64,000 nt of DNA from a bacterium (GTDB lineage Bacteria; Chlamydiota; Chlamydiia; Chlamydiales; 2-12-FULL-49-11): assembly GCA_021847505.1 (NCBI GenBank), contig JAJZEO010000132.1:815-64814 (forward strand), written 5' to 3'. Made by a program: the position numbers and the translations under genes. Of this stretch, positions 18,579 to 28,316 are shown piece after piece (position 1 is the first letter of the stretch; each line of letters starts with the position of its first letter). Under the pieces are notes generated by a model, which worked only from the letters and a program-made list of their open reading frames with translations, made no database searches and was not told where the DNA came from.

Positions 18579-19634
18579 ATGAGATTTACATTCATCAATC
18601 ATGGTCAAGTAGGGGGAATGACTGTCGAAGAGGGACACGTCACCTCTATTCAAACAGCCTTGCCACGAGAAATGTCTGAGTTAAGAGATCTCATTACACC
18701 CAGTCGTTTCATGACCGTCACCACCATTGAAAACATTCTCAAAAGGTTCGGTTTTTCACAAATCGAAATTGTTTCGACACCGCCCATTGAAAACATCGAC
18801 GAGGCTCTAACCAAAAACCATGTTTATGGATCAATCTTGATCAAAAAAGGAGAAAATACCCTCTTAAGAAAAGGGTATGGCTTTTCCAATATTGAACAAC
18901 TAAGTCGAAATAACGAGTCGACCACCTTCTATTGTGGTCGTCTGAGCGAGCTATTTACTACTAGACAGCTGTACTCTAACTATAATTTAGAAGATCGTCT
19001 CGATCGTTTTTTCCCTGCTATTTGCACACGATGGCCTCATTTTTCCGAGATTTCCCTCTCCATGCTCCTCCACCACACATCGGGAATCGATGAGCTTGAA
19101 GCTAGACCTTCTCCCATCTTAGATGAACTCCCCGCAGAAATGATTCTAGAGCAAATGCTCAAACGCCCCCTCCTCTTCAAACCAGGCGCATTTCGATTTG
19201 AGTCAGATGTTAATTACCGAATCCTTTCGGCGATAATGGAAGATCTCCCCATGCAAGAAGAAGACAAAGCAGCAACTCTTTATCAACATGAAGGGAAAAA
19301 AATCTTGCTCGACCACCTCTCGTTTCGACGTGGTTTTGGAGATGCCTACGCAACAGTTACAGAGCTTTTGGAATGTGCACAATCTCTTTTAGCTCACACG
19401 AAAGACTTTGAAACTAAGCGAATCTACAATACTCATGAACTGGTGACCATTTCAGGTCCCCTTCTAAGGCAATTTATCTTTGGGAAATGTACCTACTCGT
19501 TTTTTTGTGAACAAGGCGCTGTGATTTTCATACCACAAGATGAATTGCAAGTGGCCCTTCTCGTGAACAAACCTATGCCACCAGAGTTCACAATAAAAAA
19601 ACTAATTTCCTCTATAACAACAATTCAATTTTAA
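18579..19634 (+). CDS. beta-lactamase-fold (serine hydrolase family) protein with degenerate catalytic motifs
   Basis: LLHHTSGI and KPGAFRFESDVNYRILSAIME match the class C/PBP-like family pattern. The SxxK position reads SELF (no Lys) and the YxN position reads ESD. Confidence 0.55.
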   Translation: MRFTFINHGQVGGMTVEEGHVTSIQTALPREMSELRDLITPSRFMTVTTIENILKRFGFSQIEIVSTPPIENIDEALTKNHVYGSILIKKGENTLLRKGYGFSNIEQLSRNNESTTFYCGRLSELFTTRQLYSNYNLEDRLDRFFPAICTRWPHFSEISLSMLLHHTSGIDELEARPSPILDELPAEMILEQMLKRPLLFKPGAFRFESDVNYRILSAIMEDLPMQEEDKAATLYQHEGKKILLDHLSFRRGFGDAYATVTELLECAQSLLAHTKDFETKRIYNTHELVTISGPLLRQFIFGKCTYSFFCEQGAVIFIPQDELQVALLVNKPMPPEFTIKKLISSITTIQF

Positions 19635-19648
19635 GATATGTTGGAGCT

Positions 19649-21004
19649 ATGGGCATGTTAAAAATCATCGGTGGAAATCCATTAATGGGAGAAGTGACGG
19701 CAGGTGGCGCAAAAAATGCGATCACGAAGATGCTTGTCGCATCGCTCATTTCAGACCGCACTTGTTTTTTTCGAAACGTTCCGAACATTAGCGAAGTAGA
19801 GATGACCGTCGCTCTTTGTCAAGAGATCGGCATGGAAGTTCAGTGGGATCAAAAAGAGCACACGATGCAAGTCCGCTCTCCGGAATTGAAAACTACGTAT
19901 ATCCCCCAACGATTTTCCGGAGCTAACCGCATTCCTATTTTGATGATCGGAGCCCTTTTAGGTCGTACCGATGCTGATATTGTCGTGCCCACCGTTGGCG
20001 GATGCAAAATTGGGAAACGTCCCGTTGACTTTCACTTACAAGCACTCACCTCTCTCGGAGCTACGATTGAATATCGCGAGATGAAGAAAGATGGCGCCTA
20101 CTTTGCACAATCTCATCAAGGTCTCACTGGAACCATCATCGATCTTCCTTATCCATCAGTAGGAGCTACTGAAAATACCATTCTTGCTGCTTGTCGCGCT
20201 AAAGGGACAACGGTGATTAAGAATGCCGCGATGGAAAGCGAAGTGCTCGATCTCATCCTCTTTTTACAAAAGATGGGGGTTTCGATCCAAGTTGACGTCA
20301 ATCGAACGATCTATGTCAAAGAGACAAAAGAATTTCACGATGTCGAACATACTGTCATTCCCGACCGCATTGTCGGAGCTTCACTCGGCATGGCTGCGAT
20401 CGCGACAAAAGGCTCTGTTTTTGTTCGTGATGCAAGACAAGACCACCTCGTCACCTTCCTCAACAAATTGCGAGAAATCGGCGGAGACTTTCGGGTCTAT
20501 AATGACGGTATTGAATTTCGCTACCGAAAACCCCTTGTGGGCAACCTCCATCTTGAAACAGCTGTGCATCCTGGATTTATGACTGACTGGCAACAACCCT
20601 TTGTTGTCCTTCTTACCCAAGTCACGGGCACCTCTGTGATTCATGAAACAGTCTACGAAAACCGATTTGGTTATACGACGACCCTCTGTGAGATGGGAGC
20701 CGATATTCATTCTTTTAATGAGTGTCTCGGCGGACACATTTGCCGCTTTGCCAAGCGTGACTTTCCCCATTCCATCGTAATCAAAGGATCGACGCCTCTC
20801 ACTGGGCAAAATATTTCAATCCCCGACCTCAGAGCCGGCTTTGCCTACGTCATGGCCGCCCTTATCGCAGAAGGCGAATCCAACATTGATAATCTTCAAT
20901 TCCTCGACCGAGGCTATGAGGACCTGACCGAAAAGCTCTCCCTCCTCGGCGCTAAAATCGAACGACACGCCAAAAAAGATCTCCTCACCTCCCAAACCCT
21001 CTAA
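19649..21004 (+). CDS. murA: UDP-N-acetylglucosamine 1-carboxyvinyltransferase
   Basis: MLKIIGGNPLMGEVTAGGAKNA... with the active-site loop PTVGGCKIGKRPVDFH. The Cys119 codon is tgc at 20003-20005. Confidence 0.9.
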   Translation: MGMLKIIGGNPLMGEVTAGGAKNAITKMLVASLISDRTCFFRNVPNISEVEMTVALCQEIGMEVQWDQKEHTMQVRSPELKTTYIPQRFSGANRIPILMIGALLGRTDADIVVPTVGGCKIGKRPVDFHLQALTSLGATIEYREMKKDGAYFAQSHQGLTGTIIDLPYPSVGATENTILAACRAKGTTVIKNAAMESEVLDLILFLQKMGVSIQVDVNRTIYVKETKEFHDVEHTVIPDRIVGASLGMAAIATKGSVFVRDARQDHLVTFLNKLREIGGDFRVYNDGIEFRYRKPLVGNLHLETAVHPGFMTDWQQPFVVLLTQVTGTSVIHETVYENRFGYTTTLCEMGADIHSFNECLGGHICRFAKRDFPHSIVIKGSTPLTGQNISIPDLRAGFAYVMAALIAEGESNIDNLQFLDRGYEDLTEKLSLLGAKIERHAKKDLLTSQTL

Positions 21005-21007
21005 AAA

Positions 21008-21072
21008 CTTGCCCTTGCCCTTGCCCTTGCCCCTGCCCTTGCCCTTGCGCTCCCGCAATACTTGCCCCTGCC
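21008..21072. repeat. YTTGCC hexanucleotide tandem repeat immediately after the murA stop
   Basis: cttgcc cttgcc cttgcc cctgcc cttgcc cttgcg (21008-21043), then cttgcc cctgcc (21061-21072). Followed by gatcatttccttgatcttaattttttt. Confidence 0.9.
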
Positions 21073-21185
21073 CGAGATCATTTCCTTGATCTTAATTTTT
21101 TTACCACCCGCTCTCTGCGTTCGCTAGAGATCACAGAGAAAAAATCTGCTAGTCTCTTCCCCACACTTCTGTTAAACTTGCTCGC

Positions 21186-22166
21186 ATGAAAACGTGGCGC
21201 ATGCTTCAAAAGGAAAGCTTTACCAAACTCTCCGATCTCACTACCTATTTAGAACTTACTCAAGACAACCTCGAATTGGTCGACTTTTCTCCCCACTTTC
21301 CTTGCCTCGTTCCCCGAAGACTTGCCGAAAAAATCCCCAAAAATTGCCTCACTCATCCCATGGCAAGACAATTTGTCCCGTTGAAGGAGGAAAAATGGGA
21401 GTCTCCTGATTTTATCGAAGACCCCCTCTGCGAGCAAGGGGGCGTCCGCGTCACCCCCTCTCTTCTCCACAAATATGACGGACGGCTCCTCTTGATTGCC
21501 ACTGGCGCCTGCGCCATGCACTGCCGCTATTGCTTCCGCCAACATTTTTCTTATCAAAGTGAAGACAAGTCTTTTACTCAAGAGCTCGACTATATCCGCC
21601 AAAACCCCACTCTACATGAAGTAATCCTCTCTGGTGGAGACCCCCTCTCCCTATCCGACGATCATCTCGAAAATCTCCTCATGCATCTCGATCAAATCGA
21701 CCACCTTCAAGTGATCCGGTTTCATTCCCGCTTCCCCATCGGCATTCCCGAAAGGATCACCGATGAGTTGCTCACGATCTTAAAACGGCTCAAAAAACAG
21801 ATTGTCTTTGTGGTGCACATCAACTGTGCCGACGAATATGACGAAGAGGTGACACAGGCTCTCAGAAAACTCACCGCCCTCTCGATCCCTGTTCTCACAC
21901 AATCGGTCCTCCTCAAAGGGGTAAACGACAGCGCCCTCGCGCTAAAAGCCCTCTCGCTTGCCTCGATCAGCCGAGGCATCCTCCCCTACTACCTTCACAA
22001 GCTCGATAAAATCCGTGGAGCTGCCCACTTTGAAGTTGGGGAAAATGAAGGGATTGCTCTGATCAAGGAACTACGCAAACAAGTACCGGGATATGCCGTG
22101 CCACAATTTGTCGCAGAATATCCAAAAGAACGTTCCAAAACTCCACTGATAGTTTTACAGAACTAA
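21186..22166 (+). CDS. epmB: lysine 2,3-aminomutase-like radical SAM enzyme (EF-P beta-lysylation type)
   Basis: CAMHCRYCFRQ (CxxxCxxC), SGGDPLSLSD, and overall KamA/YjeK-like length and order. Confidence 0.8.
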   Translation: MKTWRMLQKESFTKLSDLTTYLELTQDNLELVDFSPHFPCLVPRRLAEKIPKNCLTHPMARQFVPLKEEKWESPDFIEDPLCEQGGVRVTPSLLHKYDGRLLLIATGACAMHCRYCFRQHFSYQSEDKSFTQELDYIRQNPTLHEVILSGGDPLSLSDDHLENLLMHLDQIDHLQVIRFHSRFPIGIPERITDELLTILKRLKKQIVFVVHINCADEYDEEVTQALRKLTALSIPVLTQSVLLKGVNDSALALKALSLASISRGILPYYLHKLDKIRGAAHFEVGENEGIALIKELRKQVPGYAVPQFVAEYPKERSKTPLIVLQN

Positions 22167-22912
22167 AGATCGGCAAAAGGATTGCTTGAATCGGAAAACG
22201 ATTTCCTTCTTTTGCGCCGCTTTTTCTCTTCCATGATAGAATGGAGAAGATCTTGATCGAAATCTTGGTTGGCCGCCCAGTTCAGGTAATCGATTGGCAC
22301 CTCGCGGAACGGCGTGCCGCGGTGTTTTCCGAGCGGGAACGTCTTTAAAAGGATGGGCTGCTTAAGCCTTTCGATGATTTCTTGCGTCGTCTTAAAATCC
22401 ATAGCTAAGTATTTGAACACCTTGATGTTGACAATCACGTCGTTCATCGCTCGGTGTGCCCCCTCTTCCGGGATGTTAAAGTGCTCACGCAGCATTTCGA
22501 GAGAGTTAGTCGGAGAGCCTGCATAGAGGCGGGCCATGCGGAGGGTGTCAATCGATCGCTCAAGGTTGATGGGACAGGGAATGCCCCTCTTTTTGGCAGC
22601 CTGGACTAACATGCCCAGATCGAATCCAATATTGTGCCCCACCACCACATGCTTGCCAATCAATTCAAACGCTTCTGGAAGAATCTTATCGATGGTTGGC
22701 TTATCCGCGACCATTTCATTGGTGATGTGATGGACGTCGATCGATTCTTGGGGAATGATTTTTCCTGGGTAGACTAAGGATTCGAATGAAGCAATAATCT
22801 CATCGTAAGTAAACTTAACAACGGCAAGTTCAATGATTTCATCACTTTCAATTGATAGCCCCGTCGATTCAACGTCGAGACAAATGAATGTATCCTTCTT
22901 AAGACTGCCCAT
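22163..22912 (-). CDS. DEDDh 3'-5' exonuclease (DnaQ/epsilon-like) with a C-terminal extension
   Basis: ExoI FICLDVESTGL, ExoII VVGHNIGFDLGML, ExoIII HRAMNDV. Confidence 0.8.
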   Translation of the reverse strand: MGSLKKDTFICLDVESTGLSIESDEIIELAVVKFTYDEIIASFESLVYPGKIIPQESIDVHHITNEMVADKPTIDKILPEAFELIGKHVVVGHNIGFDLGMLVQAAKKRGIPCPINLERSIDTLRMARLYAGSPTNSLEMLREHFNIPEEGAHRAMNDVIVNIKVFKYLAMDFKTTQEIIERLKQPILLKTFPLGKHRGTPFREVPIDYLNWAANQDFDQDLLHSIMEEKKRRKRRKSFSDSSNPFADL

Positions 22913-23516
22913 CGTTCAATACCTTTTGCTGGGATAGGTTCTTTGCTAGTTTTTCTTTAACCTGCCCTCTTACCGTCTTATCTTCAATGTTATAAAAAAC
23001 TAGGTCGCCATAAGGAGAGAGAGCTCTCTCCAAATCCTCGAAAACAGCTTTTCTCTCTTTCTTTCCCACTTTATCCACTTTCGTAACGATGAATAAAACA
23101 TTTTTTCCGTTCTCCTTCATCCAACCAATGAAATTCCAATCACTCTCTGAAGGGGAGTGCCTTGCATCGAGGAAATGGAGAAAGGTGATCTTTTCCAAGT
23201 GAGCATCAAAGTAACGATCCATCATCTCTTTCCACTCATCTTTCATTGCCTTGGACCGTTTCGCGTACCCATATCCAGGAATGTCGACAAAAAAGAGTTG
23301 ATCATCGACGTTGAAGAAATTCAAAAGTCCCGTCTTTCCTGGCTTTGAGGAGACTCTGGCAAGATCTCGGTTTTGAAAAAAGTGATTGATAAAAGACGAT
23401 TTACCTACGTTGGAGCGACCCGCCAAGACGACATGAGGAAAGGGCTCTTTGGGCAATGAAATTTTGCCGTCCGAAGAACCCCGAAAAAAACATTTTTTAA
23501 ATTCCATTACTTTCAT
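22899..23516 (-). CDS. engB: ribosome biogenesis GTP-binding protein YihA/EngB
   Basis: LAGRSNVGKSSFIN (G1), DIPGYGYA (G3), TKVDK (G4). Confidence 0.85.
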   Translation of the reverse strand: MKVMEFKKCFFRGSSDGKISLPKEPFPHVVLAGRSNVGKSSFINHFFQNRDLARVSSKPGKTGLLNFFNVDDQLFFVDIPGYGYAKRSKAMKDEWKEMMDRYFDAHLEKITFLHFLDARHSPSESDWNFIGWMKENGKNVLFIVTKVDKVGKKERKAVFEDLERALSPYGDLVFYNIEDKTVRGQVKEKLAKNLSQQKVLNDGQS

Positions 23517-23938
23517 ACTACAAAAACTCTACTATTTTCCCCTGTCCTCTTGATCTCAATATGATAGGTCGATCTTGGGAGCAAGGATTCAATAAGCTTC
23601 GGCCATTCAATAATTGTAATATACGGCTCTTCGAGATATTCAGCAAACCCACAGCGCGTAAAATCAACCAATCTCTCTAACCGATAGAGGTCAAAATGAG
23701 CCACATGTTGATAAAGATTGAGAGTTACAAAAGTCGGGGAAGTGACTTCGTCTTGATGAGTACCAGGTGCAAGAACTTCGACCAATCCCTTAGTGAAGGT
23801 CGTTTTCCCTACCCCTAGATCCCCATGAAGACAGATGACATCGCCAGGTACAAGCCCCTGAGCGAACTCCCGGGCCACCTCAAGTGTTTCCTCTCTACTC
23901 GTCGACCCGCTCTCTCTTATTCCTCTTCTTCCATCCAT
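23513..23938 (-). CDS. tsaE: tRNA t6A biosynthesis ATPase TsaE (YjeE)
   Basis: LHGDLGVGKTTFTKGL, SPTFVTLNLY and HFDLYRL are the characteristic TsaE blocks. Confidence 0.85.
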   Translation of the reverse strand: MDGRRGIRESGSTSREETLEVAREFAQGLVPGDVICLHGDLGVGKTTFTKGLVEVLAPGTHQDEVTSPTFVTLNLYQHVAHFDLYRLERLVDFTRCGFAEYLEEPYITIIEWPKLIESLLPRSTYHIEIKRTGENSRVFVV

Positions 23939-24645
23939 CGCTGCACGTGTTTTTCGAACACTTCTTCACCGGAGAGAGTTTCAACAAACTGAGAGATCTT
24001 GTTTTCTTCAAGGTGTTCTTGGATAAAACCGAGGAAATCCTCTTGGATCTCAAACCTATTCTGTGTGGGCACCTCTTTCAATGAAATCTCGCGTATTTGA
24101 TTCTTCTTTAAATCATCAATAACGCCTTTCTTATCATTGTAAAGCTTACCAGTGATCAATGAAGTATAGACGATCTTTTTTATCGGCTCTTTATTCTTTT
24201 TAATATAATTTTTGATCACTTCGGGATCTTCAGAAACATAGAATTTCTTCACTCTCATCCCATCTTTGCGATCGGTATTTTCAGGACATTTTGAAACCCA
24301 GTCATAAATCGCATCTTGAGGATTCGGGTGAGTATTATCGCCAAAAACTTTCCCTGAATAAGGACAAATGTAAATTCTTCTAGTGGCCTCGTTAATATTT
24401 TTCTGGCCTACCTGAATCTTTATTTCGGTCTCACGCCACAGTTTACCTTCTTTCTCCAAGGCCTCGACCAGATTCGACTCGCTCTGGTAGATCCTTTTCT
24501 CTTTCATAAAGACAACAGGGTGCAATTTAAATTTTTTCTCTAGATAATAGAGATAGGTGGTAATCAAATCGGCTTTTCGATTCTTTTTGAGAAAATCCTC
24601 CAAATCAGAGACCATCTTTGAAGGAATGACCACTTTCGACATCAT
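23917..24645 (-). CDS. hypothetical protein
   Basis: Long ORF with a Lys/Glu-rich product and no motif I recognise. ATG at 24645 or 24642 is preferred over the track start at 24672. Confidence 0.5.
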   Translation of the reverse strand: MMSKVVIPSKMVSDLEDFLKKNRKADLITTYLYYLEKKFKLHPVVFMKEKRIYQSESNLVEALEKEGKLWRETEIKIQVGQKNINEATRRIYICPYSGKVFGDNTHPNPQDAIYDWVSKCPENTDRKDGMRVKKFYVSEDPEVIKNYIKKNKEPIKKIVYTSLITGKLYNDKKGVIDDLKKNQIREISLKEVPTQNRFEIQEDFLGFIQEHLEENKISQFVETLSGEEVFEKHVQRWMEEEE

Positions 24646-24754
24646 GAACCTCATACGGAAAACTATTGCCAAAAGATTATCTTACTTGCCCCTTTAACCG
24701 CAAGTCCAAAGAAGTCTCCTATAAGAATAGGCATGATTGACTTTATCTTTTTTG

Positions 24755-24771
24755 GTTGATATTCTATCAAC
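24755..24771. promoter_or_regulatory. 7-bp inverted repeat (gttgata-ttc-tatcaac) upstream of sat/cysC; possible operator
   Basis: Perfect palindrome with a 3-nt spacer, ending 25 nt before ATG 24796. Function unknown. Confidence 0.2.
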
Positions 24772-24795
24772 TTTAATTTTTTAAATGAGGCCTTT

Positions 24796-26508
24796 ATGCT
24801 TAGGTTGAAAGTATTAGTCGCTATGCTTGCCGTGTTCTTAAACTCCGAATTGAAGGCCTCAGAGAGCCTCCTTCCTTCCTACATACTCGAAGAAAGACTG
24901 GTGGCCGATCTTCGAATGATCGCCAATGGCTCTTTCGCCCCCCTTACGGGTTTTATGAAAGAGGCCGATTATCACTCAGTACTTAAAACCTCACGCCTTG
25001 CCAACAATGCACTTTTTCCTATCCCCATTGTACTCCCCGTTCCAGAGAAAATCGTTGAAGCTACAAAGCAATCGAGCTCACTGATGTTGAAGGATCGTTA
25101 TGGACATCCCCTTGCCATCCTTGATGTAGAGGAGGTCTATTCACCCGAGCTCGAAGAAGAATGTCTAAGCACCTGTGGCACACTCGATCAAAATCACAAA
25201 ACGGTGAGATGGATATTAAGCCGAAGAGGTCAATTTTACGTTGGAGGGAAGATTCACCCCCTTCCTTTTCTATCCAAGCTAGATCAAATGGAGGGAGTGC
25301 TGCCGCCAGAGGAAACGAAACAGCTGTTTACCTCACAAGGATGGAAAAAAATTGTAGCCTTTCAAACGCGTAACCCCTTGCATCAAGCGCATGTGGCATT
25401 GATACAAAATTGTCTCTCCAAGGCTGGAAAGGATGCAGCACTATTCCTTAACCCTGTCATTGGACCAACACAAGAATGCGATGTTTCCGCTCCTGTACGA
25501 AAAAAATGTTATGAGGCCCTGCGGCCTTATTTAACCAAAAACCCCCTGCATATCGGCTATCTACCCCTTGCTATGCGTATGGCTGGCCCCAAAGAAGCTC
25601 TATTACACGCGCTGATCCGCAAAAACTATGGAGCAACACATTTTATTGTGGGTCGAGATCACGCGGGACCTAGCGCCACCGATAGTCAGGGAAAGCGATT
25701 TTATGACCCTTACGCAGCTGGACGACTGGTCTCTTTTCATGCAAAAGAGTTAGGTCTTGAAGTGCTGACATCTGAAGAAATGGTCTATGTGCCGGAAATT
25801 GGCGGCTACCTTGCAGAAAATGAATTAAAACCCTCTTACACAACAGAGCGGATATCAGGAACAGAATTGCGCAAGACCCTGCAAAATGGTGGCGAATTGC
25901 CTTCTTGGTTTTCCTTTCCAGAAGTTCTCAAAATCTTAAAGCGCTATTATGCTAAAAGAACTGGGGTTTGCCTCTACCTTACAGGTTTACCTTCTGCAGG
26001 AAAGTCTACCATCGCCTCAGCAGTTAAAGAAAAATTAGAACTGCTAGACCCCCTGAAAAGGGAAGTAGTGATCCTCGATGGCGATATGATTCGTGCCCGC
26101 CTTACATCAGATCTAGGCTTTTCAAAAAAGGATCGGTCTACCAACGTGCAACGAATTGGCTATGTAGCCAGTCTCATTGTGCAAAGTGGGGGCATTTGTA
26201 TCGCTGCTAATATAGCCCCCTACGAACAAGATCGGGCCGCTAATCGAGAGCTTATCTCTTCAAAAGGGCTCTATTTTGAGGTTTTTGTGGATACGCCGTC
26301 TGATATATGCGAGGATCGTGATGTCAAGGGGCTCTACAAATTAGCGCGCCAAGGAAAAATCCAAGAATTTACAGGAGTGAGCGATCCTTATGAAATCCCC
26401 TCTCATCCTGACGCAATTATCAATGGGTCAGAAGACTTATCTCAATGCGTCGATCAAATCATCGATCAATTGAGACAGGTTTATCCCCTCTTGAAATTTG
26501 TGGAATAG
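24796..26508 (+). CDS. bifunctional sulfate adenylyltransferase / adenylylsulfate kinase
   Basis: QTRNPLHQAHV and VGRDHAGP are ATP sulfurylase motifs. LTGLPSAGKSTIA (P-loop) with the C-terminal APS kinase region. The N-terminal 23 aa are hydrophobic and signal-like. Confidence 0.85.
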   Translation: MLRLKVLVAMLAVFLNSELKASESLLPSYILEERLVADLRMIANGSFAPLTGFMKEADYHSVLKTSRLANNALFPIPIVLPVPEKIVEATKQSSSLMLKDRYGHPLAILDVEEVYSPELEEECLSTCGTLDQNHKTVRWILSRRGQFYVGGKIHPLPFLSKLDQMEGVLPPEETKQLFTSQGWKKIVAFQTRNPLHQAHVALIQNCLSKAGKDAALFLNPVIGPTQECDVSAPVRKKCYEALRPYLTKNPLHIGYLPLAMRMAGPKEALLHALIRKNYGATHFIVGRDHAGPSATDSQGKRFYDPYAAGRLVSFHAKELGLEVLTSEEMVYVPEIGGYLAENELKPSYTTERISGTELRKTLQNGGELPSWFSFPEVLKILKRYYAKRTGVCLYLTGLPSAGKSTIASAVKEKLELLDPLKREVVILDGDMIRARLTSDLGFSKKDRSTNVQRIGYVASLIVQSGGICIAANIAPYEQDRAANRELISSKGLYFEVFVDTPSDICEDRDVKGLYKLARQGKIQEFTGVSDPYEIPSHPDAIINGSEDLSQCVDQIIDQLRQVYPLLKFVE

Positions 26509-26573
26509 CAAACTCACTTGCCAATCTCACCTCAGTGTGTTATCCTTTTTCTTCTAAAGTAGGGAGCTCTCTT

Positions 26574-28316
26574 TTGCTACAAACATTTCGTAATATTAAC
26601 GATTCTCTCCATGATCTTTTCAAAGATGCCGCAAAAAAATGTTTTAATATAGACGACTCGATCGAAATCACGCAAAGTACGAAAGACCATTTTGGCGACT
26701 ATCAGTGCAATAGCGCATTAAAAATGTCAAAAGAGCTTGGACTGCCGCCACGGGCGATAGCAGAGAAATTAATTGCTCATTTAGACAATTCTTTGGGCAT
26801 GGTCAAACATTGTGAAATTGCAGGCCCAGGATTTATCAACATTCACCTCCAGGAATCGTTCTTAGAGAAAGAGATTACTCTTACACTAGGGGATGATCGC
26901 CTAGGAGTTCCGACCCCCGATCAAAAGAAGCGCATCGTCTGCGAATTTTCCTCTCCCAATGTGGCTAAAGAGATGCATGTCGGTCACCTGAGATCGACAA
27001 TTATTGGGGATGCTCTTGCAAGACTTCTTGAGTTTCTCGGCCACGATGTACTTAGACTCAATCATATCGGAAATTGGGGAACTCAATTTGGCATGTTGAT
27101 TACCTACCTCAAACGCTTTCAACCTGAAGTGATCGACGATGCCTCAGAACAAGCCCTTGAGACTTTGATGAGTTGGTATAAAGCGGCTAAAGTAAAATTT
27201 GACGAAGACCCCTCATTTAAAAAGCAAAGCCAAGAAGAAGTGGTGCGCCTTCAGTCGGGAGATCCCATTGCGAGAAAGGCCTGGTCGCAAATATGCGAGA
27301 TTTCAAGACGATCTTTTCAAGAGATCTACGAGCGGTTAGATATTTGCCTTACTGAGCGGGGCGAGTCCTACTACAATGACATGTTGCCAGTAGTCATCCG
27401 AGATTTCGAAGAGAAAGGACTTTGTCAAATCGACGATGGGGCAAAGGTGGTCTTCCTCTCAGGGTTCATCAACAAAGAAGGAGAACCCCTCCCCTTGATC
27501 ATCCAAAAGAGTGATGGCGGTTACAATTATGCCACTACTGATTTGGCAGGATTCAAGCAACGGGTTCAGATCGAAAAAGCCGAGCGGATCATTATCGTCA
27601 CAGATGCGGGACAGGCGCTACACTTTCAAATGGTTTATCAAGCAGCCTTAAAGGTGGGCTATATTGATCCCCGAAAGACGCGGTTTGATCACGTTCCCTT
27701 TGGTGTTGTTCTTGCCCCAAATGGGAAAAAGTTTAAGACGCGCGAAGGGGAGACAGAAAAACTCTCAGATCTCATCGATGAGGCGGTACGCCGTGCTAAG
27801 GAAGCTTTGCTTGAGCGTGATCCTAAGGCTGAAGATCTCGATGAAAGGGCTGCAATCATTGGTACAGGATCGATCAAGTATGCTGATTTATCCGGCAACC
27901 GCGTAAAGGATTATACGTTTAGCTATGACCGCATGCTACAATTCGAAGGAAATACAGCCTCTTTCATCCTTTATGCCTATGTCAGAATCCAAAGTATCAA
28001 GCGCAACATAGACGTCGATCTTAAAACTCTCTTGAGTACCCCTAAAATCGAGCTTACTCACCCTTCTGAAATTGCACTGGCCCTTCACTTGCGACGTTTT
28101 GGTGAAGCCCTCTCTGCCATGGATGAAGAGCTACTTCCCAATCGTCTGACCGACTATCTGTTTGCCCTTGCAGAAAAATTTCATGCCTTCTTTAGAGACT
28201 GCCACGTTATGGGAAGTGAGCATCAAAACTCTCGCCTCTTGCTCTGTGAATTGACAGGGCGCATTCTTGCAAAAGGATTACAAATCTTAGGTATCAAAAC
28301 AGTGGAGAAAATGTGA
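26574..28316 (+). CDS. argS: arginine--tRNA ligase
   Basis: SSPNVAKEMHVGHLRS (HIGH-type) plus class I ArgS architecture. In-frame TTG 26574, preceded by agggag (26561-26566), avoids the 64-nt overlap with the upstream gene that the track start 26445 implies. The start is uncertain. Confidence 0.85.
   Translation: MLQTFRNINDSLHDLFKDAAKKCFNIDDSIEITQSTKDHFGDYQCNSALKMSKELGLPPRAIAEKLIAHLDNSLGMVKHCEIAGPGFINIHLQESFLEKEITLTLGDDRLGVPTPDQKKRIVCEFSSPNVAKEMHVGHLRSTIIGDALARLLEFLGHDVLRLNHIGNWGTQFGMLITYLKRFQPEVIDDASEQALETLMSWYKAAKVKFDEDPSFKKQSQEEVVRLQSGDPIARKAWSQICEISRRSFQEIYERLDICLTERGESYYNDMLPVVIRDFEEKGLCQIDDGAKVVFLSGFINKEGEPLPLIIQKSDGGYNYATTDLAGFKQRVQIEKAERIIIVTDAGQALHFQMVYQAALKVGYIDPRKTRFDHVPFGVVLAPNGKKFKTREGETEKLSDLIDEAVRRAKEALLERDPKAEDLDERAAIIGTGSIKYADLSGNRVKDYTFSYDRMLQFEGNTASFILYAYVRIQSIKRNIDVDLKTLLSTPKIELTHPSEIALALHLRRFGEALSAMDEELLPNRLTDYLFALAEKFHAFFRDCHVMGSEHQNSRLLLCELTGRILAKGLQILGIKTVEKM

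Noticed and set aside
20816-21058. 80-aa minus-strand ORF encoding KGKGRGKGKGKGK
   Set aside because: The Lys-Gly run is only the antisense translation of the YTTGCC hexamer repeat, and the rest is antisense to the murA 3' end. There is no independent coding evidence.
21008-21072. Possible CRISPR array or other spaced-repeat locus at the hexamer runs (also 51815-51981)
   Set aside because: The units are 6 nt and contiguous, without unique spacers, and no cas genes are in the window. This is simple tandem or inverted repeat DNA.
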